DNA from: Eledone cirrhosa
Taxonomy: Eukaryota
NCBI GenBank assembly: GCA_964016885.1
Contig: OZ024746.1
Span: 25,420,001-25,484,000 of the forward strand
DNA: 64,000 bases
Direction of reading: 5' to 3'
A program made the position numbers and the translations under genes. Positions 54,200 to 64,000 of the stretch are shown here, piece by piece. Position 1 is the first letter of the stretch, and every line of letters starts with the position of its first letter. The notes under the pieces are model-generated. The model saw only the letters and a program-made list of their open reading frames with translations, searched no databases and was not told the origin of the DNA.

Positions 54200-55165
54200 A
54201 TCATCAATTAAAGAGCTCAAATATGGGGAGGATGAAATTTAGCCCAAGATGTTAAAAGCTTTATATAGAGAAGGTATTCTCTGGTTGACTCATGTGTGCC
54301 AGGTGGCCTGGATCTATGGAAAGGCACCTAAGCAATGGCAATCAGGAGTGATAATCCCAATTTTCAAAAAGGGAGACAAAAGAGATTTCTCTAATTATAG
54401 AGGGATCCCCTTGTTAAGAAAGTCTATGCTTAGTGTCTGGCAAAGAGATGTAGGGATATTGTCAAGTCCAAGCTAACTAATGAACAGTGTGGTTTTCACC
54501 TTGGATACAGCATGGCCAACCAAATATTCAAACTGCGGTAGGTCTTTCAGAAATCATAGGAGTATTGCCGAGAGCTATATGCTTATTTTGTAGAACTAAA
54601 AAAGCATATGGCCACATTCTATAAGGCCGGTTGTGGAGGACTCTACAGGGGTATGGGATTGATGCACAGTTTCTTATTGCCTTGATGTTTCTATATGAAT
54701 GCTCTAGTATTTGTGTTTGGATAAATGGTGCTAAGTAAAAACCATTCAATCATCAAAAGAAAGGAGGTAGGTGTAAAAGCCAAACTCACTATCTGCAATT
54801 CAGTATTTGTACCAACTCTTACCTATGGTCATTGGGTAATGACTGAAAGAATATAATTGTGAAGACAAGCAGCCAAAATGAGGCTCCTCCTTAGTAAGGT
54901 GCGTAGGGAGTTGTTCCAGGTAGAACCACTATTTCTCAAAATTGAGAAATCAAAGCTTCCATATTATGCACATGTGGTCAGAATGTCTAAGTAAAGAATT
55001 GCTGGACAGAATTTACCCCAAGCAAGATGGCTGGATAACATCCATGAGTTTGGCTGGTCTTGTTTGGGGATCCAACCAGATCAGTTGGAAACAGATGCTT
55101 CTGATAGGGCCTACTGGAAGGTATATTTGAGGACACTGTCCCCACAGCCCTCCCAGGAATAAGTG
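54200..55165 (+). mobile_element. Decayed RTE-like LINE fragment in the last ACADS intron
   Basis: WQSGVIIPIFKKGDKRDFSNYRGI RT N-terminal motif. Confidence 0.8.
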
Positions 55166-55706
55166 AGCAAAAAGGAAGATTATATATATATATAAATATA
55201 AACAAACGATGCAGCAACACACGCAAGCGAGACAGCAACACACGCACACACACAGTAGCATTCCACCATACGAACATACTACACTGCCAATACAGACGAA
55301 CAAGGCAACAACACACGCACACACACACACTCAAGCGAGACAACAATACATGCACACACACACAGTAACATTCAGCAAACAGGCAGAGAATATTATGGAT
55401 TGACAGCTAGCGCCACCCCACTCCCACAATTGAAAGAACTATTTCGGCCGCCGACCCCATTTCACACGCATGCGCGCTCTGCTGAATACCTCAGATATTC
55501 AAAACAACAAACAGTGGAGGACACGTTTCGCACCTTTCCGACAGACAACCTTTCAAAAGACCCTTCTTTGTGTGTTTATTTCTATATATCATGTTATAAA
55601 GAGCCCAGTTTTTATACTTTGAGCTCATTAATTACAGGGTATTAACGCAAATTTTTAACTCGGTTTTTTTAATTTATATATATATGATCATACACGTGTG
55701 TGCATG

Positions 55707-55760
<54 letters not shown>

Positions 55761-56038
55761 TGAGACAGTTCTAGTCCTGTAGAAGTCATTTCTATATTAA
55801 ATATTTATACACTGCTATGTATTGAGTACCTTACTTACTGTGGTTACCCCCAAATGAACCTGGGATAAACTTAGTGGTTTGACAAAAAGAGATGGATTAT
55901 ATAAATACTGGGGATCAACATGATCAACTAAAAATCTTTTAAGGCAGCATGGTCACAGTTTAATGACTGCAGCATGGTCACAGTTTCATGACCCAGCATG
56001 GTCACAGTTTAATGATTGAAACCAGAATTATAACTTAC

Positions 56039-56095
56039 CTGGTGGCTAACAGCAGTAGCAATTTCTGATGCATATAACTTAGCCATGGCTGCTTC
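56039..56095 (-). CDS. ACADS: ACADS exon (EAAMAKLYASEIATAVSHQ)
   Basis: EAAMAKL.ASE motif; tag/gtaag; phase 0. Confidence 0.94.
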
Positions 56096-56966
56096 CTAGA
56101 ACAGATAAAATGTTATCTATTATATTGATGTTGTAATATATTTTGTGTAAAATGTTGGTCAAGCTGGAAAGGGGAGGGTAAGAGTGTGTATGGGAGAGAG
56201 AGAAGGAGTGAGATATATACATATTATCATCATCATTTAACCTCTGCTTTCTCTGGTAGCAAGGGTACACACACACATATATAGAAAATTAACAAAGAAA
56301 GACAAGGCAACAAATGGAAACAAAACAAAATGAAAAACAATTTTTAAGGGGAAATCGTAAAAAATTATTTTTTAGAAATAAATATACAAATGAAGGACAC
56401 AAAACTCAATGGTTATCGGCCATGCAGGGTCACAGCGTCTGACATAAGCCAAACGCTGTCCAAAGGTGTAAGAGACAAAAGACAAACAGTAATTTATAGC
56501 CAATAAGCTACAAAACATACAATTTTGTGTGATGATGGTTGTCTATGTCAGCTATATATAATGTATTTAGAGTTAGCAAGCAAGACAATGATGATGGTGG
56601 TGGTGGTAGTAATGATGGCAGTGGTTATAGTGGTCATGATGGTGTTGGTTGTTGAGGTGGTAATGATAGTGGTAGTAGTCATGATGCTGGGAATAGTGAT
56701 GGTGGTGGAGTTGATAAACAGACATTTCAATATTAGATGCTTATTATTCTGTTATTACACAACATATGTTTATATTATCTTTTGGCAGTATCAGTAGAGG
56801 GTCGGACGCCATGCTTTCCAGCATAGTTACGTCCCTTTACGGTCTGAGTTCAAATCCCGTCGAGGTTAACTTTGCCTTTCATCCTTACGGGGTCGATAAA
56901 ATAAAGTACCAGTAATGCACTGGGTAATTGCTGGCCTTGTGCCAAAAGTAGAAACAATTATCTTAC

Positions 56967-57062
56967 CTTTGAATATGGTTTATTAGCCCCCTTTAACATA
57001 GCAGCCCTCCATATAAGGAGACGAGCAGATTCAATTTGGGTGGCCATATCAGCTAACTTCAT
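56967..57062 (-). CDS. ACADS: Short-chain acyl-CoA dehydrogenase exon ([32 protein letters not shown])
   Basis: KLADMA..ESARLL.WRAA motif; cag/gtaag; not in the ORF track; upstream exons not found in the window. Confidence 0.93.
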
Positions 57063-58132
57063 CTGTATCATAAATATATAAACAATATTATACTATATTA
57101 TATTATATCAGGCATTATATTTAACAAAAATAAAACAAAATAAAAAAAATTTTTCTTTTTAAATTAGAAATAAATATTATAGTATATTAATTTCTAATAT
57201 AAGTAGAAGGCCAGCAATTTTGGGGAGAGGGCGAAGTTGATTAAATCAACCTCAGTACTAAAGGGTGTTGGTCTTACAATCATAATGTCATGGGTTTGGT
57301 TCTTGGACTGGGTTGTGTGTTGTGTTCTTGTGCAAAACACTTCACTTCACGTTGCTCCAGTATACTCAGCTGAAAATGAATACCAGCAATTGTTGGGGGT
57401 TTAACCCTGCAATGGACTAGAGTCTGTATGTGCGTGCGGCTTTTTTTTTTTTTGTGTACGTGCGTGTATTTGTATACCTATGGCGAGTGTTTTCGCGTAT
57501 GCTTGTGTATGTACGTATATGGATGCGTGTATGTATTTATTTAATTTCAATTACTTCTGTATTTTATTTACTTTATTCTTAACTCTGAAGCGGAGTTTCA
57601 TTCGGTTTCCTAGTTAGAATTTTAGTCTACGACTTCAGTTATACCATTTACGTGTTTTGTCTTTGCGTGCAATTGTTCTCCCCGCTCCACATATGACGTA
57701 TTATCTTCGTTTTTTCCGTTCATTGCCTGAACCAGCTAATAGAACATTAGTCTACGACTTCTTTTATACCATAAACGTGGTTTTGTCTTTGCGTGTAATT
57801 GTTTTTCACCGCTCCAAATAATGACGTATTATATTCGTTTTTTCCCATTTTTTGCCAGGGAACGTTGCCACGAACCAAAGTATCGTCTTCCTGTCTTCCT
57901 CTGGTTGCAACGTTTTTGGAAATATTCACTTCTGCATTCACAGATTGACGCTGTTAGTTTCAGAAGATCCCGTTAAGGGTGAAAGCAGCAATTCTTTGCT
58001 TAAACTTTAATCTGTTATTTTAATAAATATTTGCTTTATGGTTCTTATATATTTGATATATATTTATCCTTATCGAGCCCTCTTTGGATTTTAGTCTTCA
58101 AATTTATTATTATTACTGTATATATATATATG

Positions 58133-58250
58133 AAGGCGTGCGGCTGAGTGGTTAGAGAATTGGATTCGCAATCGTAAGGTTGTGAGTTCGATTCCTGGAC
58201 CAGGCGATGCGTTATGTCCTTGAGCAAGACACTTTATTTCACGTTGCTCC
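58133..58250 (+). mobile_element. tRNA-derived SINE family C; copies near 13290, 17350, 35270, 53760, 57270
   Basis: A-box-like GGCTGAGTGG, B-box GAGTTCGATTCC, then GTCCTTGAGCAAGACACTT core. Confidence 0.75.
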
Positions 58251-59186
58251 TTCTACCTGGAGTTGCGACCGATAGATAGTATTAGCAATTGGAAAGACCA
58301 ACGGAAACATTGTTCCCTCGGTCCGATTTGACGAAAGTCGATCGTTTGAGATATATATATGAATATATATATATTGTTATACTTGGGGAGGGTCATATTT
58401 GTGTAATATTGCCAGAATTAATAACAGAACACACTCACTGTTTGGTTGGTTTTCGCTTCTGTGTCTTTTATATCGGTAATCTAATTTATTCGGTCCTCAA
58501 TGTTGCCATTGACTGACCGACGGTCAAAAATAATACAGATACAATATAGACACAAACACATATATATAGTTTATCATAAATCTTTCGTTGCACATCTGCA
58601 ACATCGTCAGTGGTGCTATTGTTTCCTCCCGTTACATTGTATGTCTACGCCATTTTTATTTAGTCTGTCTATATATTTATTTATTTATTTGCTTGTTTGT
58701 TTATTTTATTTTGTATAGTGTTTTGTTTGATGTGTGTTCGTGATTGGGTGACTAGTGTGTGTTTATATGTGTTTGTTGTTATTGTGGTTGTGTATGTATT
58801 TATTTATTTATTTATCTATTTGTTTATACTTCTCTTAGGTCAGTGTTGTTTGTTTGGGTGTTGTTGTTATTCCATTCATTCTTTCTGTTCTTTCTAAACA
58901 GAAAGAATGAATGGAATAACAACAACAAACTTCTATAGACTTCTACCACTTTATCAATTTTTTAAGCTAACTCCAACAATAACAACACTTAGAATGAGGA
59001 ATGTTCTAACAACTGACCAATGAAAGGAGAAGAGGCCCTTTGACACTGAAATTCGTTTGTTTGAATTCATATGTTTCCAGTCTCTCAGTGAAATAACAAC
59101 CCAACCAGGAACTGGGCATATCAGAGTATTGACAATATTATACACCTCAACAACATATCTACTTGTCTATACCATACTAATTCGGA

Positions 59187-59239
59187 CTGCCTGAAGAGGT
59201 CACAGCCAAAGATGGCTGTCACTGAAATATATATAGCAG
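59187..59239 (+). ncRNA. Minimal type I hammerhead ribozyme (Penelope-like element type)
   Basis: CTGC-CTGAAGA-stem II (GGT.ACAGCCA/TGGCTGT.ACT)-GAAA-TATATA-TA-GCAG, followed by AATAAA. Confidence 0.7.
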
Positions 59240-59289
59240 CAATAAACGAAGCTAAATTTTAAACATTTGACTTTTTATTTAACTTTATT

Positions 59290-61406
<2,117 letters not shown>

Positions 61407-62535
61407 ATAATAATAATAATAATAATGAAATTATTGTGTAAACTGCTCAGGTGCACTACAACTCGTCAATATAGTACATAGAATAATACACAAATGCCAG
61501 GGAAGTACATGTTTGTATGTGTTAGCTGTAGTGTTGGCGGATCTCGGGAAGCATGGAGGCCTTAAAGGATGCAGTGTCTCGACAGCTAACAACTGATGCA
61601 GGTAGTTTGTTCCATGCTTCAGCAACTCTGAGCGTGAAAAAATGTTTCCGAAAGTCATGGGAACTGTGCTGTTTTCTTACTTTGTGGGCATGTCCACGTG
61701 TGTTAGACACATGGAAATCGAAAAGGCACTCAGGGTTGTTGTTGGCAACATGGTTAACAATTTTGTGGGTGTTTACCAAGTCAGTTGCCAGGCGTCGGAG
61801 CTTCAATGAATCCATGCCCAGGGAAGCAAGGCGCTCAGAGTATGGTAGATGCCTGATGGAGGGTATTCGCTTGGTTGCACGTCTCTGAACAGTTTCCAGG
61901 TGGTCAATGTCCTGAGCAAGATAGGGGTTCCAGACTGGTGATGCAAATTCTATGTGTGGTCGCACCATAGCTGTATACAGCCTTAAATAGATATCTGGAG
62001 AGCGGCTGACAAAGGTCTTGCTGAGTGATGCTAAGACACCCTCGGCCCTCTTGACAATTTTAGAGATGTGCCTCGTCCAACGCAAATCGCTGCTGACCGT
62101 AATGCCCAGGTCACGTTCACAGGAAGACTTCTTGATATTAGTGCTGTGGAGGGAGTATGTGGACGCTGGGTTTTTACTCCCAAAATGCATGGTGGTGCAC
62201 TTGTCCACAGCTAGCTTGAGTTGCCAGTCTGAGATCCACTGTTGCATTGTGTCCAGGTCAGACTGCAAGCAAGATCTATAGTGTTCAGGATCTGTCCTTT
62301 TTATCTCAAGGTACAGCTTGATGTCGTCTGCGTACTTTAGTACTGTGGCATTCCTTAAGTTGGCATCTATGTCATTAATATATGCCACAAACAAAAGGGG
62401 GCCAAGAACAGATCCCTGAGGTACACCAGATGACATCTCATATGGTGAGGAATGCTGTCCCAGAACCGTGACTACCTCTCTTCGACTGAGAATGAAGGTC
62501 TTCAACCAGTTAAAAAGATCATCCTTCACACCCAA
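61407..62535 (-). mobile_element. CR1/L2-group LINE, 5'-truncated, RT C-terminal part in an open frame, (TTA)n tail
   Basis: GVPQGSVLGP and YADD motifs; stop at 61522; tail at 61407-61425. Confidence 0.93.
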
Positions 62536-62757
62536 TGATATATATATATATATACACACACACACATATATACATATGATATATATATACACACACACAC
62601 ATATATACATATGATATATATATACACACACACACACATATATACATGATATATATATATATACACACACATATATACATATGATATATATATACACACG
62701 CACACACACATATATACATATAATATATATATATATACACACACACATATACATATG

Positions 62758-62792
<35 letters not shown>

Positions 62793-62804
62793 TATATACA
62801 TATG

Positions 62805-62837
<33 letters not shown>

Positions 62838-62849
62838 TATATATACATA

Positions 62850-62882
<33 letters not shown>
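62536..62882. repeat. Compound microsatellite continuing the array interrupted by the LINE
   Basis: Same ATATATACATATGAT/(CA)n unit as 61250-61405. Confidence 0.95.
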
Positions 62883-62885
<3 letters not shown>

Positions 62886-64000
62886 AGATTTGAATGGATA
62901 CAGTTTAGTTGAAAGGAATTTATTGACACGTGTTTCTATAACAATTACATAACCTGAAAACAGCTGCTATCTACAAAGTATTAGTTATGCAGACAATCAA
63001 TATTTCAATGTTATTATTTACTGTCATTTCATCAGAATAATATTACTGAGGACCTGTTTGGTTTTTATAGAGAATATTAGGAGAGAGGGGTGAAGTTGTT
63101 AGAAGAATAGTTGAGGGAGTGGTTTTTTGATAGCAGTGAGAATTTTTGGTGGCAGTGAGTAATTAGATTCCCATCTGTTGTTTTGACATTTTTATAGAAT
63201 ATATTATTGGTTATTTTTCTAAATCTATAGAGGGATTAGAGATAGTAAAGATATGCGTGGTTGGTTTTGTGTTTGCACTTAACATTCAGACTTAAATTTT
63301 TTCTTTCCAGTGTAGTATCCTTTCACCCACGCATTCTCACACAAACATATTTGCACCCCTCTACAAAATACATATACTCACATTCACATAGTAACATGTT
63401 CATACTTACATACATATACACATGCATACATATATATATATACACACATGTATTCATGTACATACATACGCGTTCATGTGTGTACATTTTCATACTCGAC
63501 TTATCTTTATATACACACGTATAGACACACACATATATACATACATACTCTAGTCTATGTGTATATATATACATATACATATATATCTATATATATTTAT
63601 ATATATATATAAGCACTTTAATACATGAATACACTTACATCTAACTATACACATCAAACATATATATATATTTACTTATTTATATACATTTTCACATATA
63701 TATACATACTTATGGTCGCTTTTAGACACACATTCATTATCGCATTTTTGTACCTATTCTCATCAGCATATCTTTCCATTATTAGTGTGGTAATTTGAGG
63801 TTATTAATATACATATATATGTTGAGAAGAAATTGTTTTTATATTTTTCTAACTAGATTGAGGTTTATATAGTTGGGGGGATGTCCCTCTTTTATGTAAT
63901 ATTTGGCTTGTAGTGGGAAAAAAGGGTTTTAGTTCGGTGACGGCAAAATAATGTTCGTTCAATTCTGTTATTACTTTTGGAATTTCAACTGGAACCGTCG

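Noticed and set aside
55440-55485. NRF1-like CGCATGCGC promoter motif in an ACADS intron
   Set aside because: Isolated motif beside repeat-derived sequence with no associated exon
58133-58205. tRNA gene
   Set aside because: tRNA-like head runs straight into a multicopy SINE body
62536-62838. N-terminal ~100 aa of the 438-aa RT ORF as a novel fusion domain
   Set aside because: It is flanking microsatellite read in frame with a 5'-truncated LINE

Overview
AT-rich, repeat-dense eukaryotic DNA with GT-AG introns. The long (TA)n/(CA)n microsatellites and SINE families suggest an octopus or other cephalopod (inference). Three spliced genes can be reconstructed. (1) 6-phosphogluconate dehydrogenase, PGD (+, last 10 coding exons, 300-10741). 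(2) A complete RNF34/RFFL-type FYVE-RING E3 ligase (-, 5 coding exons, 24569-19631, 361 aa). (3) The last three exons of a short-chain acyl-CoA dehydrogenase, ACADS (-, 57062-53198). The rest is mostly mobile DNA: CR1-like, RTE-like and L1/Tx1-like LINEs, a Helitron carrying a nested LINE, TTAA piggyBac-type MITEs, SINEs, a mariner relic, and a hammerhead ribozyme of the Penelope-associated type. The least explained part is 34-47 kb. There an inverted-duplicated promoter-like element with outward-facing ETS sites is followed by non-coding islands that fold into long, G:U-rich hairpins on the + strand (37.7-38.2 kb, 44.6-45.0 kb). This is a candidate hairpin-RNA / small-RNA host locus divergent from RNF34, and it is a hypothesis only. 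Nearly all long ORFs in the supplied track are microsatellite artefacts. All alignments and folds were done by eye.
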